A stretch of DNA of 64,000 nt from Mytilus edulis (lineage: Eukaryota). How positions within the stretch are numbered: the stretch's first letter is position 1; every line of letters starts with the position of its first letter. Of the stretch, positions 1-11,610 are shown piece by piece. The stretch covers positions 89,218,001 through 89,282,000 of the forward strand of contig NC_092345.1 in NCBI RefSeq assembly GCF_963676685.1, written 5' to 3'. The notes under the pieces are model-generated. The model worked only from the letters and a program-made list of their open reading frames with translations, searched no databases and was not told the DNA's origin. The position numbers were made by a program, and so were the translations under genes.

Positions 1-1589
1 TTGTGTTTGAATAGAATGCACAGCTATATGAATATTGTCTATAAGTCGTAATTTAAACCTAAACAACAAATTGGAACAGTTGTTTGATGTTTAACAATAA
101 TATGTAGTACCTAAATGTATGTTTTAAATTGGTAACTCCATTGACACGATTCTATCAAAGGATGACCTAAAATTGTTAGAATTGAAGGAACTCTTCATTT
201 TCCCCATTGCATATTTCTGAATATCGTTGGTACCATACTATAGAATAGAGCATTCAAATGTTTTAAACAATGACTTCATTTTTCAAAATAATACCTCGTC
301 GAAATTTGCACTTTTTTATAATGACCCGAATATGTAAATCTAGTTAAAGTAACAATAAAGTAACAAGAGGAAAACATTTAAACGATATTAGTTATTTTCT
401 TTCTTTCTATCTTATCCATGAATATAAATATCAAAGAAAACGACTTCAATATTTTTGCGTAATACCGGAAAACTAAATTTCACATAATTACAGTTAAAAA
501 CATAACAAAGAGTCATACTTTCATCGTCTCATCACAATTTTGTTTTAAACTTATTTCTAAGAGTTGTATATGCCATCATCAGTGTTGATTATTTAAGATT
601 TAATTTACTTGGATGTTTTCATGTACAACAAGATATCAACTATATCACAACCGTCGACTTGAATTTACTTGACGCTTTATGTTCCAATGTATTAAAAGTA
701 TTATAAACCCTCCAACCACGTTTTCCTTATCAGAAGGTTGAATTCAAATGCCAGATTTCTGTAAAACAAAAATATCTTTCGTAGCAACCACAATGATTAT
801 TATAAATAAACCAACATGATAAAACCAAAGGTCTTGCTTATGAACAACATATTTGTTTGGTATACTTCAACCGTTTAGTGTTTATGTAACTGAAACACGA
901 CAATTTTCCGTATATACATATGGAGCTAGACCAGAGTCATCACGGGAAAAAATGTCAACAAAATCGATTGATTTGCGGCAAAGAGATGTGCTTCTGATTT
1001 AAGTCACCAGATTATAAAAAAAATATTCCGATATGTTAATTAAATGCGAATACAGCGAAAAATTTCAGGGACAGAACCAACGAATACAGTGGAGTATGTT
1101 AAGAAAATTGATAAAAAAAAGAAAACAACGAATTTAGTACACTGCTTGTACTAGTATTTGTTTGAAACTATTTGCAATCAATATTTTATTTTGAAATGAT
1201 GAGATGAAAATTGTCAAATGAGCAATATCATATTTCAATAACAACACAGAATATATTTTCTATGTTCAAGCCAGTCACAGGGTTTTGCTTATTGTTTAAG
1301 GCTGTACGGTGACATAAATTGCGCGAGTCAAAGCCATTTGGAACCTAGTGAATGTTTGATTGATTGTTGTTTAATGCCACTTTCAGCAATCTTGGCTTTA
1401 CCGTTGAGGTCAATTTTATTGGCAAAGGAAGCATGATAGAACCCGTAGAGAACCACCGACCAGCGGGAAGAAAACTGGTGATCCTAGTCAATAAAGAAAT
1501 GTCTTAGGTTTTCTTCATTATCTTAGGTTCGGATCGTCTGTCTATTTCCTTGTTCTTTTTTTTCAAATTTAAATCTATAAGTAAGCTGT

Positions 1590-1860
1590 TATGTTTTACT
1601 CATTTTTTTTATGATGGTATGATACTAAACCCCTAAAGGTAAAGATTGTGCTTGATGAAGACACAATCTTCCAATCAGTATAATATGGCTTGAGTTGGTA
1701 TGTCGGTTCATATTTCAGAGTTTAGTGTGATGTAAATTTTTACTGAACAAATACACATTTTTGTTTAGAGGCCAGCTGAAAATGGCCGTGGGCTTTTTCT
1801 ACTCTTTGGTCCGGGTTGTAGTCTCTTTTGCACATTTCCCACTTCCATTCTCAATTTTAT
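1590..1860 (+). mobile_element. 3' fragment of Penelope-like (Naiad-type) retroelement with SECIS-like hairpin at 1611-1656
   Basis: Homologous to the 3'UTR following the RT remnant at 45.9-46.4 kb and to 3427-3777 (ends ...ttccattctcaattttat). Confidence 0.65.
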
Positions 1861-2259
1861 TGAATACATAAATGTTGTAACATATTTGCTAAACAATCTA
1901 GATCGGAACGAGGAATTGTTCTATCATGTGAGTAGTTCTCAAAGCTACGCTTCGTAATTGATCAATAATCCGTACCTAATCCTACAGAGAGGTTCACTTT
2001 AAAACTAGATAATTCTACTTAATAATATATTTTGAGAAATAAAGCATAGACACACAATTATATTAACCAAACAGAAAGTTATCATGCCTCCAAAAATAAT
2101 GAAAGTTTGCACATTTGGTGTTGGTTGGGACAGTATATGAATAATAAACTCGATTACCTAAAGAAATCTATCTGAATGGAAGCATATAGTCTTCCACTCT
2201 TGTCATAATGTGAATGGTTTGCATAGGTCTTTAGGTTTTAAAAAGCGATCAAAATACGT

Positions 2260-2588
2260 AAATAAAGGCAACAGTAGTATACCGCTGTTCAAAACTCATA
2301 AATCCATGGACAAAAAACAAAATCGGGGTAACAAACTAAAACTGAGGGAAACGCATTAAATAAAAGAGGAGAACAACGACACACCATTAAAATGTAACAC
2401 ACAGAGAAACGGACTAAGCATTAAGACAAAATCCTATGAGAATAACAAATATAACATCAAAACCAAATACATGAATTTGGGATAGATAAGTACCGTGACA
2501 CGTCTTATAGTAATGTGAGTTCACACTCAAAAATAAGAGAAAACAAACGACACAACGGAAACACAACGCTAAAATGTAACACACAGTA
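2260..2588 (-). mobile_element. Interspersed repeat (probable retroelement 3' end); related copy at ~17045-17310
   Basis: Both share aataaaggca..agtagtataccgctgttc...aacaaactaaaactgag. Confidence 0.6.
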
Positions 2589-3243
2589 TCTTGAATGGAA
2601 GGACGCGGCTAGCTGAAGGTGTCACTCTTTCTGTTGAAAAGCTTTGAATAATGTCCTATTGTTTGATTCAAATGCAATTATTAACATTTTACTTCCTTTA
2701 ACGAAAACAATGCATTCCGGTGATAAAAAGAACTGCACCTTTTCAAATTAGACAAAGTGTTTTAAACCAATCAAAGTCAAATCAATCAAAATATCAAAGG
2801 GAAATGTTAACGCAAGCTAGATATAACTACAGGAATAGTTTCGATTCTGGACCAGATGGCAATAATCTTATATATAGATCTACAAGAACTCTATCTGAAA
2901 AGTTGTCAACAAAAGGTTATAATTCGAAAATAAAGAAAACAGTCGAGGAATTAAGGTAGGATCAGGTAGCACAATACAAAGATTTTTTTACTTCCAATCT
3001 ACAACCTTTAAAATGCCGTTACTTTCTTAAAAATGCATACAAATTAATAAAAGAGGTATATATAGATAGATAAAAGATTAATCTTTAAAATGAATGCATT
3101 ATCTATGTTATGCAATCATTATGTAATCAATTATTATGCAATTAATGGCAAAATTTTGGCCAGTTCACTTGAATGAATTTAGCTCTTTCATCTCTATGAC
3201 TTTACAGGAAATTTTAACGAAATCTTTATCAACACAACAGGAG

Positions 3244-3400
3244 CTGCAAAAAGTGTCTCAAATTATCGCTATCGTATTCCATTCTCTCATAAATCTGTAA
3301 TTAGTGTGAACATCTTTACCACATAAAAGTAGATAATGTTTGATTATGTGTAAAATTTGATCTATACATTCTATCCGAAATCTGAGACACCCTTTTGTAG
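3244..3400. mobile_element. Small MITE-like element
   Basis: Imperfect TIR ctgcaaaaagtgtctcaaatt / aatctgagacacccttttgtag. Confidence 0.45.
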
Positions 3401-3426
3401 GTAATGGCTCTTGAAACAACATATAT

Positions 3427-3777
3427 TGTTATGCGTTTACTTTACTACATTGGTTAGAGGTATAGGGGGAGGGTTGAGATCTCACAAACATGTTTAACCC
3501 CGCCGCATTTTTGTGCCTGTCCCAAGTCAGGATCCTCTGGCCTTTGTTAGTCTTGTATTATTTTAATTTTAGTTTCTTGTGTACAATTTGGAAATTAGTA
3601 TGGCGTTCATTATCACTGGACTAGTATATATTTGTTTAGGGGCCAGCTGAAGGACGCCTCCGGGTGAGGGAATTTCTCGCTACATTGAAGACCTGTTGGT
3701 GACCCTCTGCTGTTGTTTTTTATTTGGTCGGGTTGTTGTCTCTTTGACACATTCCCCATTTCCATTCTCAATTTTAT
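3427..3777 (+). mobile_element. Abundant Penelope-like 3'-end repeat; further copies at 29740-29965 (-), 46140-46365 (+), 52590-52725 (-)
   Basis: Shared ggggagggttgagatctc...tttaaccccgccgcattttt...gcctgtcccaagtcagg and ...acattccccatttccattctcaattttat. Confidence 0.8.
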
Positions 3778-5404
3778 ATAATAAAATCAACCCTCTCGAA
3801 GCAACCATGAAGAAGCTATGTTCAATTGAAAGTGGAAATGTTTTGTAAAATTTTGTAGACACAATTAACATTATAATGGATTACATAATTGTTGTATAAT
3901 ACTAACATTTGCATTTATTTGAAAGAGAAATCTGTTAGCTATCCATAAATACCACTTTTATAAGTTTCCAAGCTTTATAAAGAAAGATACAGCATTTTAA
4001 CACTGTAGAATTGGAGGTATAAAATCTTTGTATTGTGCTACCTAAAAAAAAGGAATGCATGAAATTTCGATTTTTCGATGTTATTTCTTATTATAAAATT
4101 GGAAAGATGTTCTCCTTTCCGAGAGATTTGAAACAGAATATAATTATCTCTCAGTATAATTATACTATATCCATAAAACATAATAGAAGAAACTTTCAAG
4201 TTGAAACAGTTTATAAAAGTTACATATCAAACAAAACGAAACATTAAAAAATGAAACAAGTGGCATGCTAGAAAGGAGCTTACAGAACAATATGAAAAAG
4301 ATCGGAATATTAAATTTTTTTACGAAAAAGTGGCCAAGACAAAATCGTTACGACGAAGGAAAAAAATGTATCATAGTTTTAAGTAAGATGGAGTGTATGG
4401 GAACAGTGTTCGTCATCTCCTTGGTGTATATACTCTTACGTTTAGGTATTACACGCACGTCTTAGATGGGATGTTTTATAGTGTACAGTAGTTCATCCAT
4501 TAATATTTCTCATTCTCACAAACTGAAACGGAACATTACAATTGAGAGAATATAGAATAAAGGAAATTTGGTATGATTGCCAATAAGACAAGTATCCACC
4601 GAAGTGCAAGTGAAGTAGATGTACGCAAATATAGACAATCGTACAGCCTTTAACAATGAGACAAATCCATATCTAGAGTCGTCTTAACTTACCGGATCGA
4701 TACAAAGCTGAATAATATCATCTTACAAAAACACACACAGGGCATGGCAGGGAATTTATACAATAAATACAGAAATTATATATAATCATTTGATAGTACT
4801 AGCAGTTACTGACAGCTGGTTAAAGCCTATTAACAAATAATAAGACTAAAATATCAAGCAGTTCACACCCAACATCCCATGGATTTATAAACAAACGTCA
4901 TGAACAGTCAGAAAATAGATTTGGGGTGAGACTCAACTGTTTAAACTCCAATAACTCATGCACGATAATCCTTTAATTTCAAAATACAAAACAATTCTAT
5001 TTTCTATACCAACCACACAGGAAAGTGTTTAGTAAATTGATCAAACATGCAAGATCGAGTGCAATATATATTACCAATCTGACAGTCAAAGTCCAATAAC
5101 TGTGGAACGATAAATTATATATTTCCAAAATTAATAAACCATTACTCTGGAACGGCGCAACCGAATAATTTGAAAATTAAATGATGATTTCTTTGAATTT
5201 TACGGTGATGTTGTTTACCGAGGCTGGAAATTTAGATACAATCATCGTAAACTTATCAATCCTTTAAATACACATATTCTAAAAAGTTACCAATACCACA
5301 CTGTAATTTTATCATTGAATATTGTTTTATTGGTATAATATTTGTAATCAGTAGATTAAAATTATACTGAATATTATTGGTGAACACACATGCAGTTTCA
5401 CGGT

Positions 5405-6010
5405 ACTATAATCTGCCGATACCTATGTTTTGTCATTGCACAAGATCATATTTTTTTCTGTGACTGTTAATTACGTCTTTATATGATTCAATGAATGTTT
5501 TATATGTATTGGTGGATATTTTAGTTCAAATTGTTATTAACTTGAACCAGCTGTCAGTAAGTACAAGTATTCTCAGATCTGTAGTTATTTTTTTGTTGTT
5601 GTTAGGGATGAGGGATGGATAACCTGCCACGTCCGATCTGTATTTTGTTTGATATTTTCTGCTTGGTATCGATCGAATAAGTTAAGCCTTTTTAACTTAT
5701 TTCTATAGTGTGGTCTTATGTTGTGCTGTTATACCGCTGTCCCATGTTAGAAGGAGGGCTGAGCGTTCACAATCATATCAAAACATGCCACATTCTTTAT
5801 ATGTCTGTCTCAAGTCAGGAGCCTGTAATTTAGGGTTGTCTTTTTTGATGTTTCATGTTAACTTAACATTGTCTTCCTATTTATTTTTGTCCAGAGGCAG
5901 CTGTCTTGGTGAAGGCCGCACAGTGACCTATAGTTGTTAATTTGTTTGTCATTTTGGTCTTTTTTGGAGAGTTGTCTCATTTGCAATCATACCACATCTT
6001 CTTTTTTTTA
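5405..6010 (+). mobile_element. Second Penelope-like 3'-end family (degenerate copy); inverted fragment at ~4790-4915
   Basis: Colinear with 32030-32720; ends gcaatcataccacatcttctttttt. Confidence 0.7.
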
Positions 6011-6825
6011 TATGAATCCCTTATCTCTTATTATCATTTTTGAAAGAAATTGCAGCAGTTTTATAAAAATTACGTACCTTTATGAGACGTTTTGAAAATA
6101 ATATACCTCATGATTATGCTAAATGCTAACATTGTTGGTGGATTTTGTATTGCTGTAAATATATGTTTTGGAAAACTAGACTAGATAAACAGCAAGCCGT
6201 ATGAACACCATTTATCAGACGAACAACTAAATATAAAGTACTTTTTTGTTGGGTTGCTGCTCTTTTTCATACATTTCCTTTTTAAACTTTCAAAAAGGAA
6301 CACATTTTTGAGGTAGAACAACAAATATTGCAACCAAAAACAAAAAAACAAATATACATGTAATAGTTTGACCGAACTACTTTTTTTTGTAACCAATGAA
6401 AACAAAATGGCGGCGATTATAACCCAATCCGGTTCGATGTTTAAAAATATATATTTTTCGCTTCGCTTCGTTTAAATCATATTGAATACAAAAAAATCTT
6501 TTGAATGATAAAAGTTATATTTTTTATCAAATAAGAAATTTCATACATATTTTTGCGTTAACCAACAAATATATTCATGTGCAAGGAGGCCAACTTGATA
6601 ACTCGGACTTTTACTTGTTTGTTAGTGAATTGGTCAAGTGTATACACCTATAAATTCCATTAAAAAGGTGGTTAATCCTATAGTTAAGCTTTTTCATTGA
6701 TACAAAATATTACATCACAGTTTTACGAACCGAGCAAATAACATTTTTCAATATCCTGTTAACCTTGATCAGTGTCATAGTCGTTATGTTTTTATACCAA
6801 TAAAATAATAATTTCTACACTAAAA

Positions 6826-9800
6826 TCAAAACGATGAATGTACAGACATATGAACAGATGGATGTTTTGGACGTATACGATAGGGAATCCGCCCATCTGA
6901 AGGATAAATCTTTCGCTCTTCCCTCAGATTATTTGGACGAGGTTTAGTATATTCATTTTCAGTCCACCTTTGTGTAGGTTCGGGGTTTTCCGGTCCAAGA
7001 GGAATCAATAAATATCTACGTTTATGTGCTTTCTTTGGTACCGGTGGTTTTATATTGTTCATATTCATCAGTATTGTTTGTAAAACGTTCAATGCTAGTT
7101 TATAACTTTGATCTTCTTTACAACTTGTCTTTAGTTGCTCTTCAACAAATTGTGAATGCACATTTCCGTCATGAAGTGACGAATGGCTTGAATGGTGAAG
7201 CTGTTTATTCGATGCAGGAATGACATTTTCTTGCTTTTTAATCAAATCCTTATATATTCCAAGCCATTCAACTGTAGGTTTAACATATTTACTTTTAGAT
7301 GTAGGTTTCTTTTGGAAACGGACATCGTGTCTTTCTTTCAAATTTTTACTTTTTGATTTGTTTTGAAGAAGTTGGACTAGCTTGGACTTTTTCCTGGCAT
7401 TATCTTTTCTAAACTGCTGTAATAATGCATTCCACTTGGTGAGTAAATTTTCTTGTGATTTTGAGGTTGAATCAGATATCTTTGAAACGTTTGTAGACTG
7501 TTTATCGGCAACAACCTCTGACTTACCAACAAATGAATGATAATCCAAGTTGTTAAAAGTATCTATATTTTCTTCTGTTGTTGTCTCATATTTGTTTGAC
7601 ACTTCACTATGCATTTCGGGTGAACTTGTGAAGTCAGGAGTGTTCGAGGTGAAAGTCAAATTTGATTCCCGTTTGTTATGAATGACTGTAGTGTTTTGGA
7701 CTGGAATAACTATTTCTGTTTTATTTTCAAATTTAGGTTCTATTTGAAGTGGATATTTATCATTTGTCGCCAAAGAACCCAACCATCGATCCCACGGATT
7801 ACCCTGATCAGTGTTGTCTACAAAAAACAATTCCTTATCAATAATTTTCGATGAATCGTTTGAATGAGTTGAATTTGGACCATTGCTCTGGAGAATATCT
7901 TGTGCATGAGCTTTCACTGTTGTGTTGGTAGATAATAGTTCAAGGCGGTTAAAATTATCGTCCCTAATGTTGTCCCAGTCACGCTGATCTCCTGTCGGCA
8001 TATTGTCATTTTTATTGTCATGAATTTCAATGTTTTCTAAATTCGCAGTTTTATTACGTTCATTTATATCGTAATTACTCGCGGCAGTTGGAAATGGCGT
8101 CGAAAATACTGATTTACTCATCGAAACAGGTTCCTTATTTGTTTCTTCAGCGGTGAATACTGTTGTCGTCCTATAACTCGGCGTAGTTAATTTTGAGTAT
8201 CTCCTGAAAGGGATTGGAATACCAGTTACTTGAACTTCGAAATGTTTGGCAAGTATGTTTGTTTTATTGGAATCATAAGATGTATCATTATGATTGTTTC
8301 TTTTTGTATCATTCATATTGCGTTTAGTAATGCGAATAGCTGTTGCATTTCCGTTCATGTTTTTGTTTTCATTTTCGTTCATGTCTTTGTTTATATTTCC
8401 GTTCATGTCTTTGTTTTTATTTCCGTTCATGTCTTTGTTTCCATATTCATTTATTTCTATGTTTTCATTTCCGTTCATGTCTTTGTTCTTGTTTCCGTTC
8501 ACGTCTTTGTTTTTCAAGTCATGCTTTTGAACCCTTGCTTGTTCGGTCGTAACATTAAAACTTTTATTGGCCATATCTGTTTGTTTATGGGTTGACCCAA
8601 TGATCATGGGTTGTTGAGTTGTACTGATAATTATAGTCTTGTTATCGGAATTTTGACTAGTTATTTCTAGTTTAGACTGATTAATGCGAATAGCTGTTGC
8701 ATTTCTGTTTATGTCTTTGTTTTCATTTCTGTTCATGTCTTTGTTTTCATTTCCGTTCACGTCTTTGTTTTCCAAGTCATGCTTTTGAACCTTTGCTTGT
8801 TCTGTCTTAACATTTAAACGTTTATTGGCCATATCTGTTTGTTTATTGGTTGACCCAATGATCATGGGTTGATGAGTTGTACTGATAATTACAGTCTTGT
8901 TGTCGGAATTTTTACTTGTTACTTCTAGTTTAGGCTGATTGAAATGCAATGAAACAATTTTTCCGATTCTCTTAGAAACTGGTACGGGTTTTCTCGTAAC
9001 ATTTTCTTTATCGATTTTACTTCCTTTTGAAATATTTACTTTTTGTCGTTTTATTGGTTTCTTTTCCAATTCAAACATTGTAGTAAAATTTCGATTACTA
9101 TGATCACTACTTAATAATTTGGGTTTGCTAATGTGTTTGTGAGTTGTTTCGCTTGTCAAATTGTACTCTGACGTTGTGTTTTCCTTTGTCACATGATCAG
9201 TTTTGTTGCTCGCCTTATAATTATCATTTTTTAAGTAGTTTTGTCGTGTTCCATTTTTATATTTTCTTCTCCTGCGTTTTCGCTTTTTAGAGGTAACAAC
9301 ACTTGTATCCAATAAGGCTTTGTTTGTTTTACTTTTTTCCGTTTTTAATGATGGGGATAATCTTTGTATTTTAGATACATTCGTTTCTATCTTATCCAAA
9401 ATGCTGTTTTTGCTTTCTGATCCTTGAGGTAACATAATTGTCTTATTCATACGGCTATCTTTTATGATTTTCCTGTTCATTACCTTGTTTTGAATATGAC
9501 TGACTTCCGTATGATTTTTATGTTTACGTGTTGACAATTTTGAAGACTCAATTTTTTCTTTTCCTGTTATATTATAATTATCGCGGGTTTCCTTCAGTGT
9601 GCTACTGTTGTTTTTATTATGTTTGTGACCATCTGAATAACTATGCTCCTGTTTAATTTCCCGTCGTGGAAAAGTTTTCGTAACTGTACTAATTACTGGA
9701 ATGCTACTTGTTAGTTTATTATATTGCGTTAAATTCCGTGAATCAACTCTTGTTAATCTAAGTAAGCGTGCAACATTCAGTGGTACAGCACTTGTTAATT

Positions 9801-10695
9801 TTCGGTATTTCAATAAGTCATCTATATTTAAATGGTGGGTATCAATAACAGATTTGTCAGAAATTGTATCATCTTTATCTCCAATATCAGTCCTGTGGAA
9901 TGAATTTGTGATCGCATGTTCTACAATTCCGTCAATTTCACTGTTGTTCTGTGTAGATTTAGTCGTTATTTCATACCGTGTTTGTGTTGTCATTAAACGA
10001 ACTTGATTAGGTATAGGCGTTATTTTTGCTGTTCTGACCTTAAACTGTATTTTGTCATCTTTTAATGCACGTTTTGTTGATCTAAAACCTTGGTCAGTTT
10101 TACCAGTTTTTAACAAATTATGGAAATCAGTTTCTTTTGCATTACCTATATAAAAATTGTTCCTCTCCGTTGCTATTACGTTATGTGTTGGGTCACTTCG
10201 AAAATGATTAACGGACCCATCTGATCGTTGTGTTTTCCTAAGAGTATTGTCATTTCCTTGTTTTAAATCGATGCCTTCGTCAACAATATTTAAAGATAAG
10301 GCACTGTTAACTGAAGGCGATGTGGTCTTCCGAGGCGAATTTATCACATATCCTTTTGCAGTTGCGGTTTTATTATAAGTGTTTAGAGAATCCTTTGGGT
10401 GGATGATATTGTTGATGGCGTTAGCCTCTAAATCGATTGCTCCGCCTGGAATGACTCCAGGATTTTTCAAAAGTAACTGTGTAATGGATGATAGTGTATT
10501 TTCTGGTTCACTGTGTAACTCAGTTATAATGTTGTCTTTTCTATCATGTGAAGGAAAATTCGAAAGCAGTTTAGCTGTATCAGATGGGTGAATATCTTCA
10601 CTTGTTCTATTATTTGATGTAACCACAGCGTCATGAAAAGACCAAACCTCATTCAAACCAAACATTAGAATACAGGTAATCAGTACTGCTACCAT
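6826..10695 (-). CDS. Secreted 1289-aa low-complexity N/K/T/S-rich protein (single coding exon); candidate extracellular/shell-matrix or adhesive protein
   Basis: 3.87-kb stop-free ORF in AT-rich DNA. Acceptor tttgcAG at 10715-10714, 18 nt of UTR, then accATGg at 10695 (the ORF-track start is GTG inside the intron). Signal-peptide-like MVAVLITCILMFGLNEVWS, many N-x-S/T sequons, one Cys in the mature region, no recognisable globular domain. Confidence 0.88.
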   Translation of the reverse strand: MVAVLITCILMFGLNEVWSFHDAVVTSNNRTSEDIHPSDTAKLLSNFPSHDRKDNIITELHSEPENTLSSITQLLLKNPGVIPGGAIDLEANAINNIIHPKDSLNTYNKTATAKGYVINSPRKTTSPSVNSALSLNIVDEGIDLKQGNDNTLRKTQRSDGSVNHFRSDPTHNVIATERNNFYIGNAKETDFHNLLKTGKTDQGFRSTKRALKDDKIQFKVRTAKITPIPNQVRLMTTQTRYEITTKSTQNNSEIDGIVEHAITNSFHRTDIGDKDDTISDKSVIDTHHLNIDDLLKYRKLTSAVPLNVARLLRLTRVDSRNLTQYNKLTSSIPVISTVTKTFPRREIKQEHSYSDGHKHNKNNSSTLKETRDNYNITGKEKIESSKLSTRKHKNHTEVSHIQNKVMNRKIIKDSRMNKTIMLPQGSESKNSILDKIETNVSKIQRLSPSLKTEKSKTNKALLDTSVVTSKKRKRRRRKYKNGTRQNYLKNDNYKASNKTDHVTKENTTSEYNLTSETTHKHISKPKLLSSDHSNRNFTTMFELEKKPIKRQKVNISKGSKIDKENVTRKPVPVSKRIGKIVSLHFNQPKLEVTSKNSDNKTVIISTTHQPMIIGSTNKQTDMANKRLNVKTEQAKVQKHDLENKDVNGNENKDMNRNENKDINRNATAIRINQSKLEITSQNSDNKTIIISTTQQPMIIGSTHKQTDMANKSFNVTTEQARVQKHDLKNKDVNGNKNKDMNGNENIEINEYGNKDMNGNKNKDMNGNINKDMNENENKNMNGNATAIRITKRNMNDTKRNNHNDTSYDSNKTNILAKHFEVQVTGIPIPFRRYSKLTTPSYRTTTVFTAEETNKEPVSMSKSVFSTPFPTAASNYDINERNKTANLENIEIHDNKNDNMPTGDQRDWDNIRDDNFNRLELLSTNTTVKAHAQDILQSNGPNSTHSNDSSKIIDKELFFVDNTDQGNPWDRWLGSLATNDKYPLQIEPKFENKTEIVIPVQNTTVIHNKRESNLTFTSNTPDFTSSPEMHSEVSNKYETTTEENIDTFNNLDYHSFVGKSEVVADKQSTNVSKISDSTSKSQENLLTKWNALLQQFRKDNARKKSKLVQLLQNKSKSKNLKERHDVRFQKKPTSKSKYVKPTVEWLGIYKDLIKKQENVIPASNKQLHHSSHSSLHDGNVHSQFVEEQLKTSCKEDQSYKLALNVLQTILMNMNNIKPPVPKKAHKRRYLLIPLGPENPEPTQRWTENEYTKPRPNNLREERKIYPSDGRIPYRIRPKHPSVHMSVHSSF
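8328..8939 (-). repeat. Intragenic duplication (86 aa and 118 aa copies) containing 24-bp NKDMNGNE-type octapeptide repeats
   Basis: NQPKLEVTSKNSDNKT...NATAIRI occurs twice; 3 octapeptides in the first copy and 7 in the second. Confidence 0.9.
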
Positions 10696-10939
10696 GGTTA
10701 TATACAGTATTATCTGCAAACACACATATCTATCATAAAATTATTATATTGTTATCAAGTATATTCTTTGTGATATATATAAATAAGAAGATGCGTATGA
10801 TTGCCAATGAGATAAATATCCATTAAAGTTCAAATGAAGTAGATGTAAACAAATATATCAACATTAAATGCAAGTCTTTAACATTTTGATATTACTGTAT
10901 TTATTTTCGTTACGGAAAAAGTTGTTTGCTGTATAAAAT

Positions 10940-11385
10940 GAGCCTGTCATTCCATAGTGGTCGTTAGTTGTCTGTTTTTTTTTCTATTTGTCTGCCATAA
11001 TCGTTTTACCATTAATAAGATTATTTCAAAAACGCAATTTGTTTTTCTATTTTTAGAATTGTTTCAAATTTTGTTATCCTGGGGCCTTTTATCGCTTTCT
11101 TTATGGAATAAGCTTTGGCTCATTATTGAAGAATGTACGGCGACCTATAGTTATAAACATCATTGTCCTTTCATGCTTGGACTTTATTGGTTAAGTGTCT
11201 CATTGGCAGTCATACCAGATGTGTTTTGCTAGGGTTCGTGTTGTTTATTCTTTAGTTTTCTATGTTGTATCATGTGTACTATTGTTTTTCTGTGTGTCTT
11301 TTTCATTTTTAGCCATGGCGTTGTCAGTTTGTTTTAGATTTATGAGTTTGACTGTCCCTTTGGTATCTTCCGTCCCTCCTTTGTT
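10940..11385 (+). mobile_element. Two adjacent retroelement 3'-end fragments in the inferred intron 1 of the 1289-aa gene
   Basis: ...gtctcattggcagtcataccagat end shared with copies at 13150, 15640, 36630, 39100, 39655, 47605 and 57110. Confidence 0.6.
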
Positions 11386-11473
11386 TGTTTAACTGTTTCA
11401 TTTTCTAATTTAATCAATGTAAAAACACCCCTCTTAAAATAAATTACAAAACAAATGATTTTTTTAAACTTAC

Positions 11474-11610
11474 CTTAATTTCATTTTTCAAATTCATATA
11501 AAGTTATTTCCTTTAATAAATTACACTTGTTCATCCATGTTTACCTATCTTTATTGTGAAAATAACACATTTCAGTGCTAATGTTGGTAAAAACAATACT
11601 ACATATAATA
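11474..11610 (-). promoter_or_regulatory. Candidate non-coding first exon and TATA-like promoter of the 1289-aa gene
   Basis: Consensus donor AAG|GTAAGT at 11474/11473, ~760 bp upstream of the acceptor; TATA-like TATTATAT near 11603-11610. Confidence 0.5.

Noticed and set aside
2720-2959. 79-aa ORF
   Set aside because: GTG start, no recognisable motif or supported exon structure.
6404-6415. YY1-like motif AAAATGGCGGC as a promoter
   Set aside because: Isolated motif with no supporting exon.
4853-6828. Sec readthrough of the 1289-aa gene (TGA-TTT-TAG) using the same-strand SECIS relic
   Set aside because: The hairpin is ~1.9 kb downstream, has a damaged helix and is transposon-derived; no evidence it is in the mRNA, and no redox motif.
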